64,000 bases of DNA from Eledone cirrhosa. Lineage: Eukaryota. The notes beneath the pieces were generated by a model. It was not told where the DNA came from and made no database searches. It saw only the letters and a list, made by a program, of their open reading frames with translations. The stretch covers positions 12,772,001-12,836,000 of the forward strand of contig OZ024753.1 of NCBI GenBank assembly GCA_964016885.1, written 5' to 3'. Made by a program: the position numbers and the translations under genes. Numbering within the stretch: position 1 is the stretch's first letter; each line of letters starts with the position of its first letter. Below are positions 1 through 12,275 of this stretch, one piece after another.

Positions 1-1
1 G

Positions 2-199
2 GGGGAACTAAAAGGACGAAAAAACGGTTGAGTACTATACGAACATGCCAGACAACAACACGACGGTAACATAGACAACATAGACATTAGAATAATATCT
101 AAACATAGAAATGACCCAGCAGATAGGCAAATCAGAGAGGCCAGTGAAATAGAACTTAGAAGGCCAAGGCTAAACAGAAAAAATGAATGGCAACATTGA
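2..199 (+). pseudogene. C-terminus of a Penelope-like element GIY-YIG endonuclease (Neptune-like), cut by the window edge
   Basis: Frame +2 reads GELKGRKNG*VLYEHARQQHDGNIDNIDIRIISKHRNDPADRQIREASEIELRRPRLNRKNEWQH*. It has the H-xxx-H, RQIxEA and NxKxEW motifs of PLE endonucleases. Family-D pLTR sequence follows directly. Confidence 0.7.
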
Positions 200-227
200 G
201 GACCGAATAAATTAAATTAACCGATAT

Positions 228-326
228 AAAAGACACAGAAGCGAAAACCAACCAAACAGTGAGTGTGTTCTGTTATTAATTCTGGCAATATTACACAAAT
301 ATGACCCCCCCCCCAGTATAACAATA
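228..326 (+). mobile_element. Family D pLTR/tail segment of a PLE
   Basis: 'gaagcgaaaaccaaccaaacagtgagtgtgttctgttatt...atgacccc..cagtataacaata' matches 33150-33200 and 55620-55700, and ends in (TA)n. Confidence 0.7.
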
Positions 327-1275
327 TATATATACATATATATGATATATATACATATATATAAATATATATTATGTCTACGTCTGTGTCTGTTGCCTTA
401 AAGGCATGGACCCAAGTATTTTGTTAATATAAAAATCACACCAATATTGTATTATAAAAATGTTGGTAGTAGCTCGGAGGTGTATTTTTACTAATTTCGT
501 TTTACAAAATGATATATATTTTGAAGCAGACATGTGGTCAAATATAGCCTAGTCTTGATTATCACGACTTATAATTCAAGGTATAACATTATAATACATG
601 GTACGTAACAAAATTCGACGTATAAAAGATTATAATACCTGGTATGTGACATATTTCCTTAATGAAGTTTTAACAATAGGGTTCTATTTCTAGCACGTTA
701 AGGTAGCTATTGCTCATTGCATGGAAGGTACCTTATACATGTACGTTCGTTACACATAGCATATGAGTGTTTCCTTTTTCTGAGTAAGAAAAAGATTATT
801 CTCGATAAAGCAAGGGATAATTGTGAGAAGTTTGGTCGGAATCCAAAAACCGAACTGAACGAAATAGAAGGAAATAGAAGGAAATAGAAGAATTAACCAA
901 ATATTTTTTCAAAATATTTAAGATATGCATTTTGGCAGGAATTCTAAACTAATTCCTGGTTCCGAAGTTGATAGTCAAATTTTACAAATATTTTCAATTG
1001 TGATTTTATAGTCATTCCCCACCTATTTATTTGATTTACTGGACATTAGAATATTTTTGTTCCGTTTGAAGTAATTGCTGTGTAGTTGAAAGAAATTGTT
1101 TAAAAGAGACCGACATTTTCTGGCATAATATAGGAGGATTTTAGTACTATACACAGACAAAGAGAAGCACGCCCACACACACACATATATATATATTACA
1201 TATATATATATCAACCTCTCTCTCTCTATATATATATATACATATCAACCTCCCCCCTCTCTCTCTCTCTCTCTC

Positions 1276-1343
<68 letters not shown>

Positions 1344-1395
1344 CTTAGCACTTTCCTGTAAACAAGTGCTATTATGCCTCATATCATGTTACCTT

Positions 1396-1463
1396 ATTTT
1401 ATCTGATGAGAACACAATTTTTGTCTCAGGATGATTTTGTATTCGAAATGCGCATAATAAAAT
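1396..1463 (+). ncRNA. Minimal type I hammerhead ribozyme (family K)
   Basis: ATTTTAT-CTGATGA-GAACACAA...TTGTATTC-GAAA-TGCGCA-TA^ATAAAAT. Stem I is 7 bp and the core is canonical. Stem III is the palindrome ATGCGCAT. Predicted AUA cleavage after 1456. The motif lies between (TA)n/(GA)n tracts. Confidence 0.8.
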
Positions 1464-1575
1464 ATAGGAACCATCTTTTAATTTCTTATTTATTATACTC
1501 CTGTTCTACCAACTCTTGAGTGCTACTTATCTGATATATTCATAGTTTTATTGTTCTACAATATTACTCACCTTC

Positions 1576-1651
<76 letters not shown>

Positions 1652-1652
<1 letters not shown>

Positions 1653-2111
1653 GATATTAATAAATGGAAACTATGTTTTATAAAACCATATTTATTTCAT
1701 TATACATATTTCAGGGATAGCAGATTAAATTATGGTATGCCTTCATCAGACAAAAAACAATATATAACAGTTTTACAAATAAGCTTTGACGTACCCTTTT
1801 AAAATGCAACCATTATTTTTGGAAACCATCTGGCCAACTATCCAGATGGCTTCCAAAATTAATGGTTGCATTTTAAAAGGGTACGTCAAAGCTTATTTGT
1901 AAAACTGTTATATATTGTTTCTTGTCTGATGAAGGCATACCATAATTTAATTTGGTATCCTTGAAATATGTATAATGAAATAAATATGGTTTTATAAAAT
2001 ATAGTTTCCATTTATTAATATTGTATATCTACTCCAAATACTTGTCGAGTGCTTTATATCAGTTATAAAAATATTTACTTGTTGTATCCCAACAATTTTA
2101 AATAGAACTTT

Positions 2112-2116
<5 letters not shown>
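1652..2116. mobile_element. Family A foldback element with a hammerhead in each arm (1693-1757 minus, 1918-1982 plus) and a one-sided ~95 bp tail
   Basis: Inverted arms of ~185 bp centred near 1838. The plus arm reads TTTCTTGT-CTGATGA-AGGCATACC...GGTATCCTT-GAAA-TATGTATA^ATGAAATA. Flanked by (TA)n on both sides. Confidence 0.85.
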
Positions 2117-2164
<48 letters not shown>

Positions 2165-3058
2165 ATATAGAGAGAGAGCGTGAGACAATGAAAGAGAGAG
2201 AGAGAGTGAGAGAAAGCGATGAGTAACAGGTCACTTTGAAAACATATACATTTTTATTGGCGTGACTAAAAGTAAAGCCTACAATTCCTCTACGATAGAA
2301 AAAGTAACCACTACTATAACGACTATGAAAGCTACTAGTACTATCGCCATTTTTATCTTCAACGTCTTTATAAACATTTTCCACCAACATTAAAATACTT
2401 TTCCAACACTTGTAGTAGTATAATAAATGAGTTGATATGCTTCAGGAAGCCATGTTTCTTTTATATATGCAATGAATAAGATGGTTAGCAGCTGCATGGA
2501 AATAGATCGGACTACATCCGTCTTTGCTAGTTGCTAGTATCACTACTATTCTGTGAACTAGCATGCAATCATATATCCTATTGATTTTCGTATTTGTTTG
2601 TATTTGTAAGTTTTTCCTATCTCCAGATCTCACATGATGGGTTTCTGCTATTGCTGTCGGATGTAGCAGTTGTCATTGTTGTATTAAGACGTCAAGTATG
2701 AAATTTGTAGAAATTTGTTTTTTTCTCTACGAATGTCTACAAATGTCATACTTGACGCTCCAATAGTTGCATGTTTATATATGATGATGGTTATTATGGT
2801 TGGTTTGCTGGTCATAGTAGGGTGTCCGGATGTTGTACTCACTGGACTTCCTTTACTTTCAATAACGAGTAGTGATTTCTCTTCAATTTCTATATATGTC
2901 AGCACCACACACACACATATACGCACATACACATATATGTATACCCTTTCATACTATCTAATGTATTTATATTTAAATATGTATAATGCATATATATATG
3001 TATGTATCTGTGTGTATATATATATACATTATAAATACTTAAATATAAATGCATTTAT

Positions 3059-3100
<42 letters not shown>

Positions 3101-3104
<4 letters not shown>

Positions 3105-3396
3105 ATACTTTGGGAGGTTCATGTTGCCAATAAGAAACACACGCACCAATTGCTTTCACTTCAATTTATTATAATAAATGTGTAATAAATTTATAAATTT
3201 ATAAATTTCTGGTTGGTTGGTTGGTTCCACAACCAGATAGTTGTTTATATATTGTCATAGTTCTTTCGTCACACACTATGTGACCTCTTCAGTGACTGGG
3301 GATTCCTTTCTTTGTTTCTGTGCCTCTCCTTTGTTCTGTCCTACGCCATTTTGTTTCTGTGTGTGTGTTCACACAAAACAAATTCAGAAACGAAAT
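3101..3396 (-). mobile_element. Family C pLTR-like element with a minus-strand hammerhead (3254-3296)
   Basis: Reverse complement reads GTCA-CTGAAGA-G-GTCACA-tagtg-TGTGAC-GAAA-GAAC-TA^TGAC. A near-identical copy lies at 31051-31449. In (TA)n. Confidence 0.75.
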
Positions 3397-3494
3397 ATAT
3401 ATATATATATATATACATTATATATACTTAAATATAATTGCATGTATGAGTAAATATATATATACATATGTGTGTGTGTATATATATATTTATA

Positions 3495-3630
3495 ACAAAG
3501 GAATTGTGGTAAGGAACCAGATGGACCATAACGCACCAGAGTACTCAATACATAGGGTAGTAGAGTGGACTCGTCCAGAAATAGCCGTCGAAACGGCTTG
3601 AGCTCTGCCGTCGGGGTCATACTTTTTCCT
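3495..3630 (+). repeat. Family E (TA)n-associated repeat; other copies at 14452-14575, 39578-39632, 41021-41157, 43470-43672 and 55736-55898
   Basis: Copies share 'gtggtaaggaaccagatggaccataacgcaccagagtactcaatac' and 'aatagccgtcgaaacggcttgagctctgccgtcggggt' (the 39578 copy is partial). Two copies form foldbacks. Confidence 0.75.
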
Positions 3631-3639
3631 ATGTATATA

Positions 3640-3802
3640 TATGTCCCAAGGCTCTGATACCATCAACACTATAAACACAGAGCTGGCATATCTAAGAACT
3701 GACTAACTGCCTGATGAGGTCATAGCCATTCAATGTCTATCATCGAAATATATATAGCAGTAAATAAAGGATTATGAGTTCATGCAATTGACCTATGTTT
3801 CG

Positions 3803-3808
<6 letters not shown>
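3640..3808 (+). mobile_element. Family F pLTR with a canonical hammerhead (3706-3761)
   Basis: ACTGC-CTGATGA-GGTCATAGCCATT-c-AATGTCTATCATC-GAAA-TATATATA^GCAGT. An inverted, longer copy lies at 48668-49022. Confidence 0.8.
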
Positions 3809-3848
<40 letters not shown>

Positions 3849-3921
3849 CATATATATATAATATATATATATATAAAATATAAAATCAAGGTCTAGCAAA
3901 TAGAGAAAATGTTTTAAAATA

Positions 3922-3995
<74 letters not shown>

Positions 3996-4015
3996 TATAT
4001 ATATATAATATATAT

Positions 4016-4047
<32 letters not shown>

Positions 4048-4059
4048 ATATATATATAT

Positions 4060-4293
4060 CAAGTAAGAATATTTTCGAAACAGCGAGCGAGTTTGAAATT
4101 AGAAATATAAGCTATCGCCGTATTTTGACTAATGAAATTATTTAATCTGATAGTGGGGTTGAAACCTCGGAGAAATGGAAAAAGATGAGTATTGACGTAC
4201 ATACTCATCTTATTCCATTTCTCCGAGGGTTCTTAACCCCAATATCAGGCTAAATAATTTCTTTAGTCAAAATACGGCGATAGCTTATATTTC

Positions 4294-4298
<5 letters not shown>
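4060..4298. repeat. Family B foldback element (related copy at 6145-6535)
   Basis: Inverted arms of ~95 bp ('aattagaaatataagctatcgccgtattttgact' / 'agtcaaaatacggcgatagcttatatttctaatt') with a one-sided tail. Flanked by (TA)n. Confidence 0.75.
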
Positions 4299-4337
<39 letters not shown>

Positions 4338-4338
<1 letters not shown>

Positions 4339-4789
4339 GATATTAAGCAAATGGAAACTATATTTATAAAACCATATTTATTTCATTATACATATTTCGG
4401 GGATACCATATTAAAAATATGGCATGCCTTCTTCAGATAAAATACAATATATAAACAGTTTTATAAATAATTTTGACGTACCATAAATATTGAGCAACCG
4501 TTATGTAGGAAACACTACCAAACCGGCTTCCTACATAACGGTTGCTCAATATTTATGGTACGTCAAAATTATTTATAAAACTGTTTATATATTGTATTTT
4601 ATCTGAAGAAGGCATGCCATATTTTTAATATGGTATCCCCGAAATATGTATAATGAAATAAATATGGTTTTATAAATATAGTTTCCATTTGTTTAATATC
4701 GTATATCTACTCCAAAACTTGTCGAGTGCTTTATATCAGTTACAAAAAATATTTACTTCTTGTAACCCAACAATTTTAAATAAAACTTT

Positions 4790-4793
<4 letters not shown>
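4338..4793. mobile_element. Family A foldback element with hammerheads at 4379-4445 (-) and 4595-4660 (+)
   Basis: Near-perfect inverted arms centred near 4518. The plus arm reads CTGAAGA-AGGCATGCC...GGTATCCCC-GAAA-TATGTATA. Same tail as 1652-2116. Confidence 0.85.
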
Positions 4794-4842
<49 letters not shown>

Positions 4843-6144
4843 TGAATATATACACTTATAAATATATCATCTTTTATACTGTTACATTTACTGGGATAAT
4901 ATGAGATTTGGTAGCTGTAATATTGTATAGAGATTTAAGGTAAGGATAGGGACAATCTAATGGAAGAGAGATCGTTAAGTGTCTACATATGAATAAGACA
5001 AATTCAGGATGAAACTCTAACCTATTACTAGTAATGTCACTTAATCGACATGAATCTCAGTTGTCTATGTCTCTCGTTTGAACTGATGGTTCTTATTTCG
5101 ATGAAGGTATTGTGACGTATGTTTTTGTAAATATATTATTTAGGTGCCAGATTGTTGTGGCTTTTAGAAATGAATGCTTCAGTCGTAACCAAATAAAATA
5201 TAAACAGTTTGAGCGCCATTTTTACCCTTGGGAAACCATCCGGTACTTATTGCTGCCAAAACGGCTTTATAAACTTTTTAACGTTTGAGAATAGCTAAAA
5301 ATATTTAACTTACATGAATATCTACATGTTTGTATGTTTGTATAAACTAGAATTATTTTCCATACGATGACGCTTATGTGTATATTTTTGTACGTGAGTA
5401 TATATATGAGTATATAAATATAAACTTACAAACGCAGACACTCACACTCATACATTCACAGAAACACACACACATACATTTACATAAACACACGCATACA
5501 CTCACACACAGCGTAGCTTTTCCACCATCCCCTTCCTTCATTCTACACGCAGATACATTTACACAGGCAGCAGGCGTAAAGAGAGAGGAATAGTATGAGG
5601 GAGTCGAACTACTCCTTTCCCTTTACGTGTTGACAGAATCGCATACATTTATGTATAAATTTGGGCATGACATATTTTATAAATCATTATTCAAAAACAA
5701 ATTTGAAGCGATAAAAAAATATCAAACTAATTTAGAAGATTTTGGCATGAAAAATTTACAAATTATAATTTAAATACGAATCAAAAACATTCTAATCAAA
5801 TCTCAATTCAATAGATTTCAAAATTAATTTATTGCCTACTTCATTCGATTTGTTTAATTGGTGTGAAACATTATGAAACTCTGAAACAGGAATGGAATTG
5901 ATAGTAATTTGTTATATTTAATTGCTACATTTAGAAGTAAATTAACAGGGTCAGCTCAATGTGAGAATATCAATTTGATAAAATATGGAGAAATAAAACA
6001 TTGAAACTATATGATGAATAACATAATGATAGCAATTGTTTGTTTCTATACAGTAAGGTCAGCGAATATTTGCTCCTGGGTTTCTTTCCTAAAGAGTGTT
6101 TGATCGATATTGTGTTTTGTATATCTAAAAAAAGGGGGATTTCA

Positions 6145-6535
6145 CATCAAATTCTGGTGAGCATGAAATTAGAAATAGAAGCTTTCACCGTATTTTCGAT
6201 TGAAGGAATTTGGGCCTAAAAATGGAAAAGGATGAGTATTGACATACAAGGGAGTCAAACCCACATCTTTGGTTATCCACACCATTGTGTGAAGTTTGAA
6301 ATTTAGGAGAAATTGAAGCTTTCGCCGAATCTTTTACTAAAGAAATCTTAGCCTGATAGAGAGGCTTAGAACACTCCAAGAAATGGAATAAGATGAGTTT
6401 TGACGTTTATTTTCTTAGAGGGTTTTAAGCCCCACTCTCAGGCTAACATTTCTTTAGTAAGAAAAATACGTTGAGAGCAGCTTCTATTTCCAATTTCAAA
6501 CTCGCTCGCTGTTTCAAAACAAACTTACTCTTGTG
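6145..6535. repeat. Family B rearranged foldback copy
   Basis: Repeats 'gaaattagaaatagaagctt..cgtattttc' and 'atggaataagatgag' plus their inverse, homologous to 4060-4298. Confidence 0.65.
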
Positions 6536-6696
6536 ATTATATTCATATGACACTATCCTGTTGACTGGATATGACCAGGTTCACAAAAACCAGCTTTGCA
6601 CTCGGTACGAAAGTTCAGAGGCAAGATTACAAAATCTGTTGATCACATCCCTAAACATTCCATTAAACCAAAGTTCAAGATAGTGCAGATTTCTGT

Positions 6697-6962
6697 TGTC
6701 CTTGGCCCCAGGATCATCTCCCTACTCACCACTATCGGCACAGACTTGGCTACCCGCAGGTGTGAGACTCACGAGCTGGAAAGGGTTTTCCGGCGCCTCT
6801 CTCTCACCATCCCTCCGAGAAACGCGTTTTCTATTCTGTCCCATGGGGCTGCGGAGCGACCAGCTTGTAAGCCCCCATTTGCTCATAATAGTGAGAGATG
6901 TGGAGAGCGAGAGAGACGAAGGCAGCGACAGTGGGAGTTTGGTTCCATTGTTTTCGGACCTC
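6697..6962 (+). mobile_element. 3' fragment of a CRE-clade-like non-LTR retrotransposon
   Basis: VLGPRIISLLTTIGTDLATRRCETHELERVFRRLSLTIPPRNAFSIL is homologous to the end of 42588-43195 and to 36412-36745. Confidence 0.75.
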
Positions 6963-6965
6963 GTA

Positions 6966-7002
<37 letters not shown>

Positions 7003-7009
7003 ATAATAA

Positions 7010-7227
7010 TAAATTTGAAGACTAAAATCTAAAGGGGGGCTCCATAAGGATAAATATATATCAAATATATAAGAACCGTAGAGCAAATATTTATTAAAAT
7101 AACAGATTAAAGTTTAAGCAAAAAATCGCTGCTTTCACCCTTAACGGGATCTTCTGAGTTTCATAAGATCCAGTTAAGGGTGAAAGCAGCTATTCTTTGC
7201 TTAAACTTTAATCTGTTATTTTAATAA

Positions 7228-7230
<3 letters not shown>
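7010..7230. mobile_element. Family G foldback with a degenerate hammerhead (CAGAAGA-TCCC-gttaa-GGGT-GAAA-GCAGC)
   Basis: Inverted arms of ~65 bp centred near 7160. Matching pieces at 45825-45900 and 46228-46270. Confidence 0.6.
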
Positions 7231-7283
<53 letters not shown>

Positions 7284-8769
7284 ATACTATATTTTATGCA
7301 CACTGGAGAAGTGAAATTTAAATTTGATCTCGACAGCATTTGATTCGTAAAATTGCATATTATGCAAATGTATTTTTTCTTTACATAGATAAACTCATGG
7401 AGAAAGACAGATATGCTATTTGTAATATAGTGTATTCACGCGTGGGTATGTATGTGTGTATGTACAAGGGCGGAGGAACTCAGCAGAGTCAACAGTCATC
7501 CAAATAGTAGTTTGTTTTTTCACCTAGGAGTGAAAGGCCTCCAGTTGTTGTCAAAACACCTTTCTGGGACAGGGAAACTCCAAATAAAAACCTGCTGCTT
7601 CGGAAGCATCCGATGATGTTGACCAGTTCTCCTTTTCAGGTAGTGTTTTCGATGCTCAGAGAGTGCGATCGGGCACTCGTGCTTAAAAAACCTTCAAAGC
7701 ACATGCATTGCTCGATCAGGATATGTTACATGTTCGTGTGGCTGGTGGTAGCCTAAACGTGCAGCAAATCTGTAATCTGCCAAGCGATTGTAATACTCTT
7801 AGCAGAGTTTGCAGCCATCATGAATGTATGTATGTAAAATATATGCGTATATCTGTGTGTATGTCTATGTATGTGTGTTTGTGTGCATATGAATCTGTTA
7901 TACGTGTTTGTTTGGCCTCTGTGTATTGTACGTGTGTGTATATCCAATGTTTCTGTTAACCTGGACGGTTGTATAATTGTGGTTTTTGTCCTTAAGCGAT
8001 AAATCAGAAACCCACTCTACGTTATAATGTCTGGTTCATTTAATAGCTACTGGTCACCTTCTCGTAGAATAAAGTGCACCCCAAATCATATTCTGTCAAA
8101 GTTACCATATTCGTTCCGTTACTAAATTAATCTTCTTAGTAGCACGTGTAATCCAACTAATTTAAGTTGAATTGAATTTAACAAAATTAAAATAATGATA
8201 TTCTATTAATGAAACATACATGAGGTAATATTCTTTACGACTTAAATAAAATATTCTGTATCTAAATGAATACAATTTAATCAACATATATTTTCATAGT
8301 TATACTGAATTCCATTTTCTCGATAACTGTTTCCAAATCAACAGAAATGTTATTCTTAACACACGGGAAGATTGTTTCATTTGACAATATTGCCAGGAAA
8401 AGTATAATATTTTCAGTGCAGGTTTATGTGGAATTGTAAAGCTTTAGAATTCATTTGTAAAGAAACATCTTAAGTATTATATCAGAAACGTCTTCAGATT
8501 ATATTAGAGGTATATTATCCACCACTTGAAAGGTTATATCCACAACGATAAGCAGTTTAACATATACCATCAATTCTAGCTTCAGATGTTATATATCAGT
8601 GAGGTAAAAAGTGTTTCTATGTAATGTATCAGTTTTGACTGTTGGATCCAATGTAAGTCAGCTGGAACATGTTGGGGTTTTTGTTGCAGTCTGTAGACTA
8701 CCGTGTTCTTAATTACATCACTCAATCCACAAGGATCCACAATGTATTCATAGCTTAATACATCTGGAC

Positions 8770-8885
8770 GCGCGTGACTGATTGGTTAGAGAATTGGATT
8801 CGCAATCGTGAGGTTGTCAGTTGGATTCCTTGAACCAGGCTATGCGTTATGTCCTTGAGCAAGACACTTTATTTCACGTTGCTCC
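8770..8885 (+). mobile_element. 5' part of tRNA-derived SINE family 2 (CORE-like domain)
   Basis: tRNA-like head followed by 'tgtccttgagcaagacactttatttcacgttgctcc'. Related copies at 26720-26810 and 57560-58110 (-). Confidence 0.65.
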
Positions 8886-9117
8886 TTCTACCTGGAGCTG
8901 CGACCGGTCGATAGCATTAACAATACTATAGACCAACGGTTTGACGAACGTCGATCGACTGTCGATACATCTTCGAATCTATGGCCCAGTGACAACTTTC
9001 CTGGTGTGTGTTTGTTGGTGATTAAAAGCAACATTCTCGTGAAAAACAATACCAAATTGACGCGATTTCTCACATATATTGCAGGCTATTCAATTTCCCG
9101 TAAATATGATTTCTTGT

Positions 9118-9305
9118 ATAGGCACAAGTCCAGTAATTTGGGGGAGCGGAAAGTCGATTAAATCGACCCCAGTACGTTAGTGGTGCTTTATTTTATCGAG
9201 CCCGTAAGGACGAAAGGGAAAGTTAACCTTGGTAGGATTTGAACTCAGACCGTAAAGGGCCGTAACTATGCTGCAAGGCATGGTCTCCGACTCTCCACCG
9301 CCCTA
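9118..9305 (-). mobile_element. tRNA-derived SINE family 1
   Basis: Reverse complement has the B box 'gagttcaaatcc' and the body 'aactttccctttcgtccttacgggctcgataaaataaag'. Confidence 0.75.
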
Positions 9306-9384
9306 ACGTTCCCATAAATATAATAGCTCTTCATGAGAGATACAATAGGGTATATTTTTTCTGTAGCAATCTTTAAGATGACAT

Positions 9385-9770
9385 ATACGCTACGCCGGGT
9401 TTAACGGCGGACAAATGGGGGCAATTTCGCCGCCACCCTTATGCAGTTGGGGACCCCACAAGCGAGGGATGTAGCAGCTGGGCATTTTAGTTTTAGGGTA
9501 ATTAGAAGTTTTGAATTTAATACCTGTATATATAACTTTTCAATTCCAATTACTTGCACCAAGCTTACTTTGATATGTAAATTCGGACGGTTTGTTGTGT
9601 ATTATATTTACGGGGTCGATAAAATAATGTACCAGTAATGCACTGGGATAATTACTGGCCTTGTGCCAAAAGTAGAAACAATTATATATTTAGTTGCATG
9701 ATGAGCCACCCAAACCTGAAGTTTCCCGGGCCCACCAAAGTCTAAAACTAACTCTGCATATACGTAGCTG
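9385..9770. mobile_element. Degenerate MITE-like (possibly hAT) element containing a SINE family 1 3' half (9608-9685)
   Basis: GC-rich ends ('gccgggtttaac...ggggacccc' and 'cccgggccc...aaaactaactctg') resemble hAT-MITE termini. The internal 'ttacggggtcgataaaataatgtaccagtaatgcactggg' is SINE sequence. Confidence 0.35.
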
Positions 9771-11924
9771 GGTGTGTTTCCATTTTTCGTTTTAATGTGT
9801 GAATCATACGTTAATTACATCTTATTCTGAAACTGTTAGTTTAGAGTCTAATCTAGTCTGTTGTGTACAGAACTTGCATTCAGAGTACATTGATAATTAT
9901 AGATATTGATTTATTGACCATGTAATGTAAGTTCTCTGATTGCTTTTTGTTTTGTTGTGACAACATATAACCTGAAAAAGGTAATGTATACACGTGTGGA
10001 AATCCAAACTATCCACACACTAGTGTGCATTCCTGTTAGTGCGCGCGGGTGTGTATGTGTGATTGCATGTGTATGTCTGTGTTTGTGTCTATATGTGTGT
10101 GTGTGTCTGTCTCTCTCTCTATCTCTCTGCGTGCGTATGTGTGTATGTGCGCGCGCGTGTGTGTGTGGATGTGTATGTGTGTGTGTGTGTCTGTACCTGC
10201 ACATTTGTGTTATTCATTCTGTAATTAATAGATAATACGTTATTTCATAATACTAAGCGAGGTAATTTTCTCACATGGCTCGAATGAATACATAACAGGT
10301 TATATGGTAAACAATCTTATTGAATTTATGTATGAAATAGTTTACAATATTTCATATGTATTAATAAATGAATATCTATAGCAGATGCAGCTTACCCATC
10401 TTGAAATGGGTATTGAAAATCTCTGCTTCACACTGAGTCTGAACATTGGCAATAATATAAAATAATATACACATCTTCTGCAAGAAAACACATCTGTTGC
10501 GTGCATGATGATAGTAGAGAAGCTTAATACGGCTATAGATGTATAGAAATATATTTAAGAATCCATGCGGTCTCAACAAATGAAACAACATCGACGAGGG
10601 ATATAAATCCTGATGAAATCGTAAAAAAAATTATTATTTCAGTATGATGCATATGGAACTTCAAATCAAAATAACATTCAATGATTATCATTTGATGTAA
10701 ATTGTAGTCTATTTCATAATCTCATATGAAGTTTCCTACCTCTGTTTCACAATATATAAACCCAGCGTCTATAACAAGTATGGTGGAATGTTAGGAAATA
10801 TATTGCTTGAGTATATTTTTGAAAGAATACAAGGAGATGTAATACCAGCCATAGATGAAATAGTAATCTGACGAACGAGGTTCAATAATAAACTTGATGT
10901 CTGTTACTGGAGCTGATGGGATCTAGTAAACCTACTCAAGTCCTGTAAATATGTTTTAACCCTCTCCAGAAATATCTTTTACAGAGCTACTCCACAAGAA
11001 GTACATCCGTGGGATATTAAATGAATGCAAAATATGTTCTAACCATAAAATACGAAGCAAAGGAGATGGTGCTAAAACCTACGAGTATTTACTCACCAGT
11101 AACGTCTTTTTAACGAATTACCAGAAGACCGTTGTTTGCAGGACATGACCTAATCAATAGCATGGAGAAGGGCTTCCGTCTGTGATGGAGCCGCCTTTCG
11201 CAGTTTTTACTGCATCATATATAAGTATTGAAACAACAGTTGGGCCGCTGAAATGTGGATTAGCTAGATCTTGTCATTGCAATGGCGTTCGTCAAAATCG
11301 ATCCAGGAATGATTCCTGAAACACCCTGGTCCCGGAATAAGTAGGTAGGAGAATGAATGCATGGTTGGTTAAGAGGGAAAACAATAAGGTTTTGTAGTCA
11401 ATAGTACCCTCTCTGTAGAAACAACAATATGGATTGCAATCTATGATGGAGACACTATAGATTGTAGCGGCTCTCCCAGACATTCAGTTGTACCAGTTAC
11501 CGTTACCACTAAGTATGTTGTCGATACAATGTAACACTGGTTATCAAGTATTGTTGTGATGCTTAAATCTTACAATGATAAGTTGATGCCATATACACAT
11601 GGGTTGGGAATGTAGCTGTACGTCAGAAAATGTCAAACGATTATGTATCAAACTGGTACCAAAAACACGCTACTAGAATATTAGACCGAACTAAGGAAAG
11701 AAACAGATTGTAAAAATGTATTTCTAAGATATAATAACATATAGGTAAAAATATAGGTGCAATGGCATGCAGGCAACATATATATCTCACTTTGGAGAAA
11801 TAACCAGAAATAACAAAACTTGTAGGAATAGAACCCAGAACTTTCTGATTGGAAAGAGAACGTCTTGTTGAAACGTGTCTCTATATGTGTTTATATGTAT
11901 GTGTGTCTTTGTCTGTGTGTCTGT

Positions 11925-12275
11925 GTCTGTGTGTGAACATTCTAAAGAATTACAGATAGACACACATACATATATATGATTGAAATTGTGTATGAATCTG
12001 TGTGTGTGTGTGCGAATGATTGCCTATGTGATTGGAAAGTAAACACATAGTTGAAACATATATCTTTCTCTGTACGTGTGTATGTGTGTGTGTGAACATT
12101 CTAAAGAATTACAGACAGAAACACATACATATATGTGAGTGCGCTTATGTATGTGTGTGAGTGTTTGCCTAAGTGATTGGAAAGGGAATGCCTTCTTGAA
12201 GCTATATGTGTTTTCGTGTTCATGTCTGTGTGTGAACATTCTACAGAATTACAGACAGACACACGTACATATATA
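11925..12275 (+). repeat. Three degenerate ~150 bp tandem units
   Basis: 'tgtgtgaacattcta(a/c)agaattacaga(t/c)aga(c/a)acac' recurs at about 11931, 12089 and 12230. Confidence 0.7.

Noticed and set aside
1652-2116. Interpreting the foldbacks as MITEs (DNA transposons)
   Set aside because: The arms are asymmetric with a one-sided tail, contain hammerheads, and in families D and F adjoin PLE endonuclease remnants. A retroelement origin fits better, although TA TSDs cannot be excluded inside (TA)n.
2280-2890. Several 60-150 aa ORFs in unique sequence
   Set aside because: No recognisable domain and no consistent frame or splice structure.
10378-10470. IADAAYP resembling the Harbinger transposase GDxAYP motif
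   Set aside because: Immediate stops and no downstream FN..HS..R..VE motif.
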